Program-made: the position numbers and the translations under genes | DNA from: Alphaproteobacteria bacterium | GTDB taxonomy: Bacteria > Pseudomonadota > Alphaproteobacteria > UBA9219 | Assembly (NCBI GenBank): GCA_041908065.1 | Contig: JAYRGC010000028.1 | Location: 8,206 to 72,205 of the forward strand | DNA: 64,000 nucleotides | Direction of reading: 5' to 3' | Shown: positions 18,870 through 29,684 of the stretch, in pieces | Layout of the letters: the number at the start of each line of letters is the position of its first letter | Numbering within the stretch: the first letter of the stretch is position 1 | Notes under the pieces: model-generated | Databases searched by the model: none | Seen by the model: the letters and a program-made list of their open reading frames with translations, nothing else | Told to the model about the DNA's origin: nothing

Positions 18870-19282
18870 ACCATGTTCGGGTCGAAGGTAGTAAAATCAT
18901 CGTCCATGTCCCGCTGAATTTGCGGACATGGGGCGGCAAGAAAGTGATCGTGGGGCCACAGGGGCAGGATTTGCGGGTGCTGGAAACGACCACGCGCCAG
19001 GACGATAAGCTGCTCAAGGCGCTGGGGCGCGCCTATCGCTGGCATAGCTGGATACTGACGGGTAAATACAAGAACGCGGATGAAATGGCCGAAAGGCAGA
19101 AAATCGACAAATCCTATATGCAGCGTGTGATGCGGATCATGCAGCTATCGCCAAAAATTATTGAAGCCATCCTTGACGGGGAACAGCCCGAAGGCTTTGC
19201 CCTGCGTGACATCGAGAGAACCTTCACCCCGATCTGGGCGGAACAAGAAAAGCAGTTCGGGTTTACTTCCCTTCGCTCATAA
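18866..19282 (+). CDS. recombinase-associated protein with a C-terminal ParB/HTH-like segment
   Basis: ATGA-coupled to the recombinase. [44 protein letters not shown] is a pattern I recall next to serine recombinases. Confidence 0.4.
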   Translation: MNHVRVEGSKIIVHVPLNLRTWGGKKVIVGPQGQDLRVLETTTRQDDKLLKALGRAYRWHSWILTGKYKNADEMAERQKIDKSYMQRVMRIMQLSPKIIEAILDGEQPEGFALRDIERTFTPIWAEQEKQFGFTSLRS

Positions 19283-19673
19283 ACCGCTTCCGCGCGGATA
19301 TGATTGTATTGTAATTGGTGTCAGCCCAATTAACGAATTCCCATAGCGGGATGAGGAAGGATTTTCCCAAGGGTGTCAGGTTGTATTCCACGCTGGGTGG
19401 CTTCGTGGGATAAACGGTGCGATTGATCAAACCGTCCCGTTCAAGGTCTCTCAGTGCCTGCGTCAGGACGCGCTGGGAAATGCCAGGAATTTCTCTGCTC
19501 AATTCGCCAAAACGCAATGGTCCTACTGCCAATGCAATTAAAACAAATGGCCCCCATTTGGTTCCTATTTGAGCCAATACGTCTCTGGATGGACACACCG
19601 GATAATGTGGGCGGCGTTCCTTCCAGAGACGATGGTTTTCATACAATTTTCTCGCAGCTTCACAGATCGGCAT
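19263..19673 (-). CDS. HxlR-family transcriptional regulator
   Basis: [77 protein letters not shown]. Confidence 0.85.
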   Translation of the reverse strand: MPICEAARKLYENHRLWKERRPHYPVCPSRDVLAQIGTKWGPFVLIALAVGPLRFGELSREIPGISQRVLTQALRDLERDGLINRTVYPTKPPSVEYNLTPLGKSFLIPLWEFVNWADTNYNTIISARKRFMSEGK

Positions 19674-19711
19674 ACGACTGATACCTTTTCAGGCCAATTG
19701 CACCCGATGAC

Positions 19712-19966
19712 TTACCTGCCTTTTGCTGCTTTCTTTTCCAGGAAAACCGCATTGTCGTTGATGATTTTCAGCGCGCTGGAAAAAATCTGGCTGCTGAATT
19801 CAACTTGGTTTTGCACAATGCTGGCCAGCAAACCAAACCGCTTCTTTTGCAGTTCTGCACCCTGACTGAAGCATTGAGACGCAAAGGCGCTTTGCGCTTT
19901 CTGGATTTTCGTCAGCTTCTCCTGCGCCGAACTGGAATTCCAGAACAGATTATTTTCTATACTCAT
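19712..19966 (-). CDS. small hypothetical protein
   Basis: 84-codon helical-looking ORF between the SMR and HxlR genes on the same strand. Confidence 0.35.
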   Translation of the reverse strand: MSIENNLFWNSSSAQEKLTKIQKAQSAFASQCFSQGAELQKKRFGLLASIVQNQVEFSSQIFSSALKIINDNAVFLEKKAAKGR

Positions 19967-20004
19967 GACTTTCTCCTTTTTGGGTTTGCAAGGTTGAAGG
20001 TTCT

Positions 20005-20355
20005 TTAATGGCCTGTACTATTTGAAAAGAGATTGATGACCAGCACGCCGCCGATGATCATGGCGATGCCTGTCATGGCTGCCAGATCGAGGGTTTGCTT
20101 GAATACGAACACCCCGACCGCCGCCGTGAGGACAATGCCCAGCCCCGCCCAGATGGCGTAAGCAATGCCAAGGGGAATAATTTTGAGGGCCTGTGCCAAA
20201 AAAAAGAACGAGGCCAAGTAGAAAACCACCATCGTGGCAGTCGGCACAAATTTCGAGAATTGTTCAGACTTTTGCAAAAAGGCTGACCCCGTTACTTCAC
20301 AAAGGATAGCAAATGCCAGCATTCCGTAAGAAAACAAGGTCGGATGCAACATCAT
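20005..20355 (-). CDS. SMR-family multidrug efflux protein (EmrE/SugE-like)
   Basis: ~115 aa with four TM segments and a membrane-embedded Glu in TM1 (AILCEVTGSA). Confidence 0.85.
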   Translation of the reverse strand: MMLHPTLFSYGMLAFAILCEVTGSAFLQKSEQFSKFVPTATMVVFYLASFFFLAQALKIIPLGIAYAIWAGLGIVLTAAVGVFVFKQTLDLAAMTGIAMIIGGVLVINLFSNSTGH

Positions 20356-21764
20356 TTCCCGCCACCCAGGACTTTGTAGAGATTGACAAGGTTGGCCAGA
20401 CGTTGCTGCTGGACGGCGATTTCCGATTGTTGCGCGTTGTAAAGCTCACGCTGGGAATCCAGCGCGTTCAGGTAACTGTCCGTTCCTTGATCGTACCGCG
20501 CGCGGGAAATCTTGTAGGCATTGCTGGCCGCATTAACCAGGGCGGTTTGGGCTGAAAGCTGCTCAGTGTAGGTGCCGCGTGCTGCCAGTTCGTCCGATAC
20601 CTCGCGGAAGGCCGTCTGGATAGATTTCTCGTACTGCGCCACGGCAATTTTCTGCCCTGCGGAGGCACTATCGAGATTGGCGATATTCCGCCCGCCTTCA
20701 AAGATCGGTAGCGTGAGTTGCGGTGCAAATGACCAAGCAAGTGTCGAGCCTGATGCGAACAGATCAGAGAGGCTCGTGCTGGCAAAACCTGCCGATCCAG
20801 TTAGGCTGATCGTTGGGAAGAATGCCGCGCGGGCTGCGCCAATATTGGCATTAGCTGCCTTAAGGTTGTGTTCGGCCTGTTTGATGTCGGGTCGCTCCAG
20901 TAGAACAGCGGAAGGCAAGCCAATGGGCAAAGTATCAACCAGCTCAACCGTATCTAGTTTCAAGGTGTCTAGAACCGCCGGATCGGAGGCTGTCCCCATC
21001 AGCAACTCAAGGGCGTTTCTGTCCTGCGCTACGTTACGGACATAGCGGGCGCGGTTGGCGCGAGCCGTTTCAACAGAGGTGCGGGCCTGTTCCAGATCAA
21101 GCTGCGAGGATGTTCCCAAATCATAGCGTCGCTTGATCAGATCGTAGGATTCCTGCTGTGTCTTGAGCGTGTCTTCCGTGATGCCGAGCAGTTTCTTGTC
21201 GGCAAGATAGGTCAGGTACGCATTGGCGGTTTCCGCGATCAAAGAAATGCGTACAGTCTGTTGCACTTCTTCGGTAGCAAAATATTCTTCAAGCGCTTTT
21301 TCGTTCAGGCTGCGGATGCGTCCGAACAAATCCAGTTCAAAGGACGCGCCGACATTAGCTGTATAAGTAGAAGAAATCATCTCTTGCCCGGTGGCAGAGG
21401 CATTTTTAGGGATACCCTGACGGTTTATGTTGCCGCCTGCTTGAACAGATGGCATGAGGTCTGCTCGTTCAACCCGGTAAAGGGCGCGGGCCTTCTCTAC
21501 CTGCAATGCGGCTACCCTTAAATCCCTGTTGTTATCTAGGGCGGTCTGGATGACCTGCTGCATCTGCGGGGATTTGAAAAACGATTGCCAGTTGACTTTG
21601 GATATATCGGCTTCAGTCACGCCCGTAATGCCTTCGTAGGCTTGCCCTTGCGGCCATTGCGCCGAAACAGGCAATTCTGGGCGCTCATAATCTGGCACCA
21701 TCGTGCATCCAGTTAAAAGAGCCGCTGTCGCCGTTACCGTCAAAAAGGTTTTATAGAAACTCAT
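20352..21764 (-). CDS. RND efflux outer-membrane factor lipoprotein (NodT family)
   Basis: Lipobox LLTGC after [16 protein letters not shown], followed by TolC-like repeat architecture. Overlaps the RND pump stop. Confidence 0.85.
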   Translation of the reverse strand: MSFYKTFLTVTATAALLTGCTMVPDYERPELPVSAQWPQGQAYEGITGVTEADISKVNWQSFFKSPQMQQVIQTALDNNRDLRVAALQVEKARALYRVERADLMPSVQAGGNINRQGIPKNASATGQEMISSTYTANVGASFELDLFGRIRSLNEKALEEYFATEEVQQTVRISLIAETANAYLTYLADKKLLGITEDTLKTQQESYDLIKRRYDLGTSSQLDLEQARTSVETARANRARYVRNVAQDRNALELLMGTASDPAVLDTLKLDTVELVDTLPIGLPSAVLLERPDIKQAEHNLKAANANIGAARAAFFPTISLTGSAGFASTSLSDLFASGSTLAWSFAPQLTLPIFEGGRNIANLDSASAGQKIAVAQYEKSIQTAFREVSDELAARGTYTEQLSAQTALVNAASNAYKISRARYDQGTDSYLNALDSQRELYNAQQSEIAVQQQRLANLVNLYKVLGGGK

Positions 21765-24700
21765 GATTGATGCCTGTCGTCGCTGGTTTTTCTTTTCTTG
21801 AAAAAAGTTTTTGGATCGTGATGAAGAACATCGGCACAAAGAAGATCGCCAAGAAGGTGGCCGACACCATGCCGCCGATCACGCCGACACCGATAGCGTT
21901 CTGGCTGGCGGAACCCGCGCCGCTGGCGATTGCCAGAGGGGTAACGCCAAGAATAAAGGCCATAGATGTCATGAGAATGGGGCGCAGGCGCTGTTCTGCC
22001 GCATGGATGGTCGCCTTGAACAAATCCACGCCGCTGTCATATTGCGCCTTGGCGAATTCGACGATCAGAATGGCGTTTTTCGCGGACAGGCCGATGGTGG
22101 TCAAAAGCCCGACTTGGAAATAAACGTCGTTCGATAGCCCGCTGAGAGTCGTCGCCACAACCGCGCCCAAGATACCAAGCGGCACCACCAGCATAACAGC
22201 GAACGGTACTGTCCAGCTTTCATACAGGGCCGCAAGGCATAGGAACACGATCAAAAGGGAAAGCGAATAAAGTAGCGGCGTTTGTGACCCGGAGGCGCGT
22301 TCCTCATAGGAAAGTCCTGTCCATTCAAAGCCGATGCCTTCCGGCAGTTTTGAAGCCAGTTCTGCTATAATTTTCATGGCATCGCCGGAACTGACCCCCG
22401 GTGCGGGCGCACCCTGGATATTCACCGATGAAGTGCCATTAAAGCGCTCCAGTTTCGGGGAACCGTAAGACCATTCCGCCGTGGAGAAGCTGGAAAATGG
22501 CACCATTGCTCCCTCGGCGTTGCGGACATACCATTTATCCACGTCATCGGGATTCATGCGGTAATCAATATCGCCCTGCATATAGACTTTCTTGATGCGC
22601 CCTTCATGCAGGAAATCATTGACGTAGGAAGAACCCCACGCCGTTTGTAACGTCGTGTTGATATCAGCAATGGATAATCCCTGCGCCCCGGCTTTTTCAT
22701 GATCGACATGGATTTTATATTCGGGAACGTCCGCCAGACCATTCGGGCGAACACCGACCAGCCGGTGATCTTGCCCCGCCATGCCTAAAAGCTGATATTG
22801 CGCGCCCATCAAGGCTTCGTGGCCGAGGCCCGCACGGTCAAGAAGCTGCAAGTCAAAGCCAGTCGCGTTGCCGAGTTCAACAATCGGCGGCGGATAGAAA
22901 GCGAAAACGGAAGCATCTTTAATGGCGGATAATGCGCCCATTGCGCGTCCGGCCAGATCGAAAAGACTTTGCCCTTCACCGTGGCGTTCTTTCCAGTCTT
23001 TAAGTCGCACGAACGCCATGCCGGAATTCTGGCCTGCGCCCGCGAAACTCCACCCGGTTACGGAGAATATGCTTTCCACCGTGTTCTTTTCCTGTTCCAG
23101 GAAATAGGATTCAACCTGTTTCATGCTTTCCAGCGTTCTTTCCTGCGTTGAACCCGCAGGGGCTTGCGCCATCACAAACATGATCCCCTGGTCTTCATCG
23201 GGCAGGAAGGCGGTCGGAATGCGCGTAAACAACACGCCAAGGCCCACAAGTATAACCAGATAAATAATGATAAAGCGTGTAGCGCGGCTGGACACATAGC
23301 CCGCGCCCTTGCTGTATCCGCGTTTGCTTCTGTCAAAGAAGCGATTGAACCAGCCGAAAAATCCCTTCTTCTCCTCGCCGTGATGTCCCTTGCCATGAGG
23401 TTTCAGGATGGTGGCGCACAAGGCGGGGGTCAGCACAAGGGCCACCAGCACGGACAGGCCCATTGCCGAAACGATGGTCAGGGAGAATTGGCGGTAAATC
23501 GCGCCCGTTGACCCGCTGAAAAACGCCATCGGCACGAACACGGCGGATAGGACAAGCGCAATCCCGACTAGCGCACCCGTAATCTGTTTCATGGATTTCT
23601 TGGTGGCTTCCTTCGGCGGCAAGCCTTCTTCTTCCATCACGCGCTCGACGTTTTCAACCACGACAATCGCATCGTCCACCAGAAGGCCGATTGCCAGCAC
23701 CATTGCGAACATGGTTAATACGTTGATGGAAAACCCGAATGCGGCCAGAACGCCAAACGTCCCCAAGAGAACGACCGGAACGGCGATTGTCGGAATAAGC
23801 GTGGCGCGGAAATTCTGCAAGAAAAGATACATCACCGTCACGACCAGAACGATAGCTTCCAGCAGGGTTTTCACCACCGATTTGATTGAGAGTTTAACAA
23901 AGGGCGTGGTATCGTAGGGATAGACAACCTGCATCCCCGCAGGCATGAATTTTTGTAATTGTTCCAGTTTCTCTTTAACCTTGGTCGCCGTATCAAGCGC
24001 GTTTGCGCCGGTCGCAAGGCTGATGGCCAGCCCCGATGCGGGATGGCCCTGATAGCGGGAGATAAAGGTATAATCCTGCGCGCCGAGTTCGACGCGCGCC
24101 ACATCTTTCAGGCGGATTTGGGAACCGTCCTTGTTCACGCGCAAAAAGATATTCTCAAATTGCCCGACGGTTTGCAGGCGGGATTGTGCCGTGATCGTCG
24201 CGTTGAGTTGCTGGCCCTTGCGCGCCGGAACGCCGCCAAGCTGCCCGGAAGAAACATCGGCGTTCTGCGCCCGCACCGCCGCCACCACTTCCGCCGTAGT
24301 GACGTTGTAGCTGTGCATCTTGTCGGAATTGAGCCATATCCGCATGGCGTAGGGCTGGCCGAAAACCGTGATATTGCCGACGCCGGATATGCGGCTTAAC
24401 GGGTCGCGCAATTTGGAGTTCACATAGTCGCCCATTTCATCTTGCGACAGGCTTCCATCCTTGGAATAGAAGCCAATGACCATCAAGAAGCTGTCGCTGC
24501 TTTTTGAAACCGTGACACCCTGCCGCTGCACTTCTTCCGGCAAAAGGGCCATAGCCGCCTGCAATTTATTCTGCACCTGTACTTGCGCGATATCCGGGTC
24601 GGCTTCCGGCTCGAAAGTCAGCGTGATAGTTGCAGTGCCGGAAGATTCGCTGGACGATGAGAAATAGCGTAAGTAGTCGATACCGGAAAGCTGCTGCTCG

Positions 24701-24894
24701 ATCACCTGCGTCACGCCGTTTTCCAAGGTCTGCGCCGATGCACCGGGATAGGAGGCATTGATCGTGACGGAAGGCGGCGCGATTTTCGGATATTGCTCAA
24801 TAGGCAGGGTGAAAATGGCAAGAAGCCCCGCTAGCATGATAACGATGGATATGACCCATGCGAAAACGGGGCGGTCGATAAAAAACTGGGCCAT
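21751..24894 (-). CDS. RND multidrug efflux permease (AcrB/MexB, HAE1 type)
   Basis: 1047 aa starting [23 protein letters not shown]. 12-TM / two-large-loop pattern. Confidence 0.95.
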   Translation of the reverse strand: MAQFFIDRPVFAWVISIVIMLAGLLAIFTLPIEQYPKIAPPSVTINASYPGASAQTLENGVTQVIEQQLSGIDYLRYFSSSSESSGTATITLTFEPEADPDIAQVQVQNKLQAAMALLPEEVQRQGVTVSKSSDSFLMVIGFYSKDGSLSQDEMGDYVNSKLRDPLSRISGVGNITVFGQPYAMRIWLNSDKMHSYNVTTAEVVAAVRAQNADVSSGQLGGVPARKGQQLNATITAQSRLQTVGQFENIFLRVNKDGSQIRLKDVARVELGAQDYTFISRYQGHPASGLAISLATGANALDTATKVKEKLEQLQKFMPAGMQVVYPYDTTPFVKLSIKSVVKTLLEAIVLVVTVMYLFLQNFRATLIPTIAVPVVLLGTFGVLAAFGFSINVLTMFAMVLAIGLLVDDAIVVVENVERVMEEEGLPPKEATKKSMKQITGALVGIALVLSAVFVPMAFFSGSTGAIYRQFSLTIVSAMGLSVLVALVLTPALCATILKPHGKGHHGEEKKGFFGWFNRFFDRSKRGYSKGAGYVSSRATRFIIIYLVILVGLGVLFTRIPTAFLPDEDQGIMFVMAQAPAGSTQERTLESMKQVESYFLEQEKNTVESIFSVTGWSFAGAGQNSGMAFVRLKDWKERHGEGQSLFDLAGRAMGALSAIKDASVFAFYPPPIVELGNATGFDLQLLDRAGLGHEALMGAQYQLLGMAGQDHRLVGVRPNGLADVPEYKIHVDHEKAGAQGLSIADINTTLQTAWGSSYVNDFLHEGRIKKVYMQGDIDYRMNPDDVDKWYVRNAEGAMVPFSSFSTAEWSYGSPKLERFNGTSSVNIQGAPAPGVSSGDAMKIIAELASKLPEGIGFEWTGLSYEERASGSQTPLLYSLSLLIVFLCLAALYESWTVPFAVMLVVPLGILGAVVATTLSGLSNDVYFQVGLLTTIGLSAKNAILIVEFAKAQYDSGVDLFKATIHAAEQRLRPILMTSMAFILGVTPLAIASGAGSASQNAIGVGVIGGMVSATFLAIFFVPMFFITIQKLFSRKEKPATTGINHEFL

Positions 24895-24918
24895 GAGGAT
24901 ATATCCTGCTTCCTATTG

Positions 24919-26103
24919 TTATTCCTGTTTCGCGGGTATTTGCGGCGCAGCCGATTTTTCAACCGGATTGACAAGCACCCCAGGGCCGAGTTTCGGCAGC
25001 CCTTCCACCACAATCTTGTCACCGGCCTTTAACCCGGATGAAACCAACCATTGATCGTCGATGGCGCGCGAAACGGTAATGGGGTGAATATTCGCTTTAT
25101 TCTCCGCGTCCACCAGCCAGACAGTTGTTGAACCGTCGGCATTGCGCGTCACCGCTTTTTGCGGGGCGAGAATGGCAGCGTCCGCCTGTCCTTGCGTAAC
25201 CCGCGCCTTGACGAACATACCGGGCAAAAGATCAATCTTCGGATTTTCAAACAGGATACGAAGCTGCACCGTGCCTGTTCCTTGATCGACGGTTATATCC
25301 GCGAATTGCAGGAGTCCTTTTTCGCTGTAAGGCTCAGTTTCGCCTTCAATCGTCAGCGCAGCGGAAACTTGCGGCGCACCGCCGTTTGCTGATGCACTTT
25401 CTTCATAGGCGCGGCGAAGTTTCCGCAAATCAATGATGGATTGCGTAACGTCAACGTAAATTTTGTCGAGTTGCTGTACCACCGCAAGGGCTTGAGCCTG
25501 ATTGGCTGTTACCAGCGCACCTTCCGTGACGGAGGATTTGCCGATACGCCCGGAAATCGGGGAAAAGACTTTCGTGTAATCAAGATTGATTTTTGCTGTG
25601 GCAACGGCGGCCTCGGCAATGGCGATATCGGCCTTGCTCTGTTCCAGCGCCGCAGCATTGTCGTCATATTCTTGCTTGCTGACGCCGCCGATCTTGACCA
25701 GTTGGGCATAACGCGCATGTTTTGATTGCGTCGATTTGATATTGGCTTGGGCTTTCTTCAGGTCAGCCATAGCGCTGTTATAGGCGGCCTGATAAGGTGC
25801 CGGGTCGATCTGGTAAAGCTGCTGGCCTTCCTGGACATCACTACCTTCTTCAAATAAGCGTTTGACAATGATGCCGCTCACCTGAGGGCGGATTTCTGCG
25901 ACCTTGAACGCCTGTGTCCGGCCCGGAAGTTCCTTGGATAGACTGATATTCTCCGGTTGAACGGTCTGAACAACCACCTCAATCGGGCCACCCCCACCCA
26001 TGCCGGGAGCGCCACCCTTCTGCCCTTCGCTGTGTTTTGGCCATGACAGGTAAATTCCTGCGCCGACCAGCAGCACGAGAGCTGCAATTACCACTTTTTT
26101 CAT
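24919..26103 (-). CDS. RND efflux periplasmic adaptor (AcrA/MexA-like MFP)
   Basis: Signal/TM MKKVVIAALVLLVGAG, lipoyl and alpha-hairpin segments. Lies upstream of the RND pump. Confidence 0.9.
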   Translation of the reverse strand: MKKVVIAALVLLVGAGIYLSWPKHSEGQKGGAPGMGGGGPIEVVVQTVQPENISLSKELPGRTQAFKVAEIRPQVSGIIVKRLFEEGSDVQEGQQLYQIDPAPYQAAYNSAMADLKKAQANIKSTQSKHARYAQLVKIGGVSKQEYDDNAAALEQSKADIAIAEAAVATAKINLDYTKVFSPISGRIGKSSVTEGALVTANQAQALAVVQQLDKIYVDVTQSIIDLRKLRRAYEESASANGGAPQVSAALTIEGETEPYSEKGLLQFADITVDQGTGTVQLRILFENPKIDLLPGMFVKARVTQGQADAAILAPQKAVTRNADGSTTVWLVDAENKANIHPITVSRAIDDQWLVSSGLKAGDKIVVEGLPKLGPGVLVNPVEKSAAPQIPAKQE

Positions 26104-26134
26104 GGGTTCTTTCCTTTGTTTCTGAGCGAATATT

Positions 26135-26704
26135 TCATGACGAAGTCCTGTTTGCGGGCGGCGCAACGCCATGCAAAAAGACGCGCTCCATCAAATCCGC
26201 TAATCCGGCGCGCGCTACCCTGCCGCGATATTCGGCATCGACCAGACCACTCATCAGGGCGACCCATATTTCATTTAAGGCAGCGGCGGGAATGTCGATG
26301 CGGAAGACACCCGCTTGCTGGCCGCGCAAAAACAAAGCGTCCATCTTGGCATCCCAATCAAGATCGGGCGGCGGGCATTCCTGCTCCGGCTTCCAGTAGC
26401 GCGTCATAAAAACGGTGATTTCCCAATGTTTCAGGCTGTCTTGGGTTAATCGCCGCAAGGCGTCCAACGGGGGGGCGGTATCCAGTTCCGCAGCCTCTAT
26501 GTCTGCGGTAATGACTCGGAGGCCGTAGGCAAACAGGCGTTCAAACAATTCCTCACGGGTACGGTTAAAGCGGTATAGCGTTGTTCGCCCAATCCCCACC
26601 GCTTCCGCCAATTCATTCAGGGAAGCCTTGGGCTGTTTAACCATTGCCAGCGCCAGCGCGTTCAAAAGGCCGTCATCATCCTTATGCTGATCGGGGAATG
26701 CCAT
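26135..26704 (-). CDS. TetR-like regulator of the efflux operon
   Basis: HTH LNELAEAVGIGRTTLYRFNRTREELFERL. First gene of the minus-strand efflux cluster. Confidence 0.75.
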   Translation of the reverse strand: MAFPDQHKDDDGLLNALALAMVKQPKASLNELAEAVGIGRTTLYRFNRTREELFERLFAYGLRVITADIEAAELDTAPPLDALRRLTQDSLKHWEITVFMTRYWKPEQECPPPDLDWDAKMDALFLRGQQAGVFRIDIPAAALNEIWVALMSGLVDAEYRGRVARAGLADLMERVFLHGVAPPANRTSS

Positions 26705-26730
26705 TTGTTAAACTCTCTCCGTATATGGTC

Positions 26731-26764
26731 TTGACTGAATCCAAATGGAACATTATTATTCCAT
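26731..26764 (+). promoter_or_regulatory. sigma70-like promoter overlapped by a 20-bp palindrome (candidate TetR operator)
   Basis: TTGACT (26731-26736), N17, TATTAT (26754-26759). Palindrome ATGGAAcattattaTTCCAT at 26745-26764 in the divergent TetR / NmrA-like intergenic region. Confidence 0.45.
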
Positions 26765-26819
26765 ACCAAACTTAATATAACCGCGCAAGCCCTAAAGTCT
26801 AGGGAAAAAGGAGAAAAAC

Positions 26820-27686
26820 ATGGCTATTGGCGTTACAGGCGCAACAGGGCAATTGGGGCAAAAGGTTATAAAAAGCTTAATCGGTAAGCAGCCTTCTTCC
26901 GAAATCGTGGCCATCGTGCGGAACCCTGACAAGGCTGCCCATCTCGGCGTACAGGTGCGTGCCGCCGACTACGGGAATCCTGCTGCGCTTGAACAGGCGT
27001 TTGCCGGGATCAATAAATTGCTGCTGATTTCTTCAAACTCTTTTGGTGAACGAGCAACCCATCATTCAAACGTGATAGATGCTGCAAAAAAAGCAGGCGT
27101 GGCGCACATCATATATACGGGCATTCTCCACGCCGATGCGCTCAATGTTGAGCTTGCCAGCGACCACAAGTTGACCGAAAAAAAACTGGTATCTTCCGGC
27201 CTGCCATTCACCGTTCTGCGTAACGGCTGGTATTGGGAGAACCACACAATCAGTATCGCTCCCGCGCTGACACATGGCGCACTGGTCGGCAGTTCAGGTG
27301 ATGGCCGAATTTCCTACGCATCCCGCTAGGACTTTGCCGATGCTGCCGTTGCCGTACTGACGGGCGGTGGGCATGAAGGCAAGTTGTACGAATTGGCAGG
27401 TGATCACGGCCACACGCTGTCTGACCTAGCCGCAGAGGCCGCACGGCAAAGTGGGAAGCCATTAGCGTACCACAATCTTGAAAAAACTGCTCATGCTGAA
27501 TTCCTTGCAAGCGTTGGATTACCTCCATCGTTTGCCACGATCCTTGCTGAAGTGGAATCCCGCGCTCTTGGTGCAGGACAGTTGTTTGACAACAGCCATG
27601 CGCTTTCCCGTCTGATCGGCAGACCGACCACAACGCTGGAACAGGCCGTTGCCGATGCGCTGCGAGAAATTAAGGAGAAGAAATGA
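26820..27686 (+). pseudogene. NmrA/YtfG-like NAD(P)H-binding oxidoreductase interrupted by an in-frame TAG
   Basis: GVTGATGQLG Rossmann start. ORFs 26820-27329 and 27384-27686 are in the same frame, and reading through TAG 27327-27329 gives ..YASR*DFADAAVAVLTGGGHEGKLYELAGD.., colinear with YtfG-type proteins. Confidence 0.75.
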
Positions 27687-28033
27687 TCGGTGGAATAAGC
27701 ATTGCATCCATTCTTGCCTGGGTTTTAACAGCGTTCTTTGTCGTAGGCGGGATTGTGAATTGGGCTGCGCCTGCTGGCATCAAGAAAGATTATCGACGCT
27801 GGGGCTATCCACGGTGGTTTCACTATGTAACAGCTATCCTTGAATTTTCTGTGTCAGTATTGCTGTTTTTCCCTGAAACACGGTTGTGGGGGGCCGCGAT
27901 GGGCGCCGCCGTTATGGCTGCGGCTCTCGGTACGCTTGTTATCCACCGCGAATATGCACACGCGATTGCTCCGGCAATTGTTCTTATTCTCGTCGCTTCG
28001 ACAGGATGGCTGGCATGGGAGCCTATCCCATGA
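27683..28033 (+). CDS. DoxX-like small membrane protein
   Basis: 116 aa with four hydrophobic helices. ATGA-coupled to the preceding ORF. Confidence 0.55.
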   Translation: MIGGISIASILAWVLTAFFVVGGIVNWAAPAGIKKDYRRWGYPRWFHYVTAILEFSVSVLLFFPETRLWGAAMGAAVMAAALGTLVIHREYAHAIAPAIVLILVASTGWLAWEPIP

Positions 28034-28061
28034 GTAAAACAGAAAACAAAGGAAACAGAAA

Positions 28062-28283
28062 ATGACGCCTTCCAAGAAAAAACAGATTATCACTGGTATT
28101 CTCATGACAACTGTGATGGCGCTGACGCTGTCCGGTTTCTTTTCTCTGATTTACATGGGCTTCACCCTGGAATGGGTGGGGGTCTGGGCTAGGAATTTTG
28201 CGATGGGCTGGCCCGTAGGATTCATCGTTTCACTAATTGCGGCTGGCCCTGTTCAGCGGCTGGCTGGCCGATTGGCAGACTGA
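28062..28283 (+). CDS. DUF2798-like membrane protein
   Basis: 73 aa with two TM helices. The pattern MALTLSGFFSLI..W..FAMGWPVGFIVSL resembles DUF2798 as I recall it. Confidence 0.5.
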   Translation: MTPSKKKQIITGILMTTVMALTLSGFFSLIYMGFTLEWVGVWARNFAMGWPVGFIVSLIAAGPVQRLAGRLAD

Positions 28284-28349
28284 CATGGACAACGGTATGA
28301 AGCCGAGAAAACGTGTTATCGTTATCCACCGCAATTCAAGGAAATAGCC

Positions 28350-28760
28350 ATGTTTATCGACGCTGCCCGTTTCCCCATTGTCTACATGCACCATGACCGC
28401 CCGGAAGAACCAGGCGTGGATAGTTTCACGGTGTTTGAACAGCTACTCGACCGCGAAATGCCGTTCGTGCTGATTGGTTATCCCGAAGCAGAACACAGCG
28501 AAGACCATAACCAGCGCAAGCAGGTTGTTCTTTGGATGAAAGCCAATCGCAAACGCCTTCAGCGGCTCGTTTTTGGCATGGTCCAGGTGGAGCCATCTTT
28601 GGCGAAACGCTTGGTTGCCAAGGGATTCGCTGTGGCGTTTCGCAAGTTCTGGAGCTACCCCCTGATCATTGCCGAGTCCGACCAGCAGGCGCTGTCGTTT
28701 GCCGAACGCCTGCTGGCGGGCGAGGATGCGTCAGCCTTGTCCAAGCCCATAATGGAATAG
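28350..28760 (+). CDS. hypothetical protein
   Basis: 136-codon ORF. No family recognised. Confidence 0.4.
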   Translation: MFIDAARFPIVYMHHDRPEEPGVDSFTVFEQLLDREMPFVLIGYPEAEHSEDHNQRKQVVLWMKANRKRLQRLVFGMVQVEPSLAKRLVAKGFAVAFRKFWSYPLIIAESDQQALSFAERLLAGEDASALSKPIME

Positions 28761-28788
28761 AAGAAACACTAAATAAGAAAGATAAAAT

Positions 28789-29196
28789 ATGAAGCCGCCG
28801 CGCGCTTATCATGTTTTTGCGATACTGGCCGGATTGCTCGGACTGTACGGCGTTGCGGCCAGCGCGATTGCCGCCCACGCTATCCCCGATGCCCAAGCAG
28901 CCACCCGCGTATCCACCGCCGCCTTCTATGCTCTGATTCATGCCGCAGTTTTGCTTGGCTGGCGCAGTAGAGGCTGGCCGGAAATCCTTGTAAAAGGATT
29001 GCTCGTTTGCGGCGTGGTATTTTTCAGCGGGTCTTTGACCTTGACTTATGGCGCAGACATTGGCGGCTTTACAAAGCTGGCCCCGATAGGCGGAACCGTT
29101 CTTTTATTCGGCTGGTTTTGTCTCATCCTAGCCTCGGCACGCACGGCTCTGTTTCAAAAAACTGATTCTCGCGGATGGAATTCAAGATCGCGGTAA
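28789..29196 (+). CDS. DUF423-like membrane protein
   Basis: Four TM helices. AASAIAAHA ... YALIHAAVLLG pattern. Confidence 0.6.
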   Translation: MKPPRAYHVFAILAGLLGLYGVAASAIAAHAIPDAQAATRVSTAAFYALIHAAVLLGWRSRGWPEILVKGLLVCGVVFFSGSLTLTYGADIGGFTKLAPIGGTVLLFGWFCLILASARTALFQKTDSRGWNSRSR

Positions 29197-29684
29197 AAAA
29201 TCCCCATGCCATGCAGATTTCTTCATACTCATGTATTGGCGTGAAAATATTTTCCAGCATGTTTCTCACCCTAAAATCACACTCTGATATTCATGTGCGA
29301 TTCCGTACATGGCTGAGTTCTAAGCATTAGTACAAAAATTTACCTGTTATTTTTCAAGCCATATCCGATTTGGAAGTAAGTATCAGTGTGAAAGGTGCGT
29401 CCTTGTGACGACGCGCAGCATTCATACGCTCACATCCATATCGCCGTAAAAGCACTGATATTCCGTCAGCCGCATAGCGATGAACCATCCCCGGAAAGGG
29501 AAGATGTTAGCGTCGCTATGAACAAGAACCATGCTGAACAGATTTATAATTACAACCTGAGCGGGCGTGCGCCAGCGGGGTGCGGCTTTCGTGTACCCCG
29601 TCAACACGCATGATCTGGATTCAGACCGCGTAATATCACTTCGCCGTTCTTCTTTTTTCCTGGGCCTAGTCAGGGAAAAAGAAA

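Noticed and set aside
19327-19341. Similarity between AATTAACGAATTCCC (19327-19341, left edge of the efflux island) and the region around 60585-60632 (GAATTCCC / CGTTAATTG), considered as possible att repeats
   Set aside because: There are only ~8-9 matching bases, split into two pieces in different order and orientation. This is within chance for 64 kb.
29395-29613. 72-codon ORF and nested GC stems (around 29565-29612) in the AT-rich gap before the sigma gene, considered as a possible repressor gene or structured RNA
   Set aside because: The ORF has no HTH or other motif and no RBS. The stems are short (5-6 bp) and unremarkable. Evidence is insufficient for either call.
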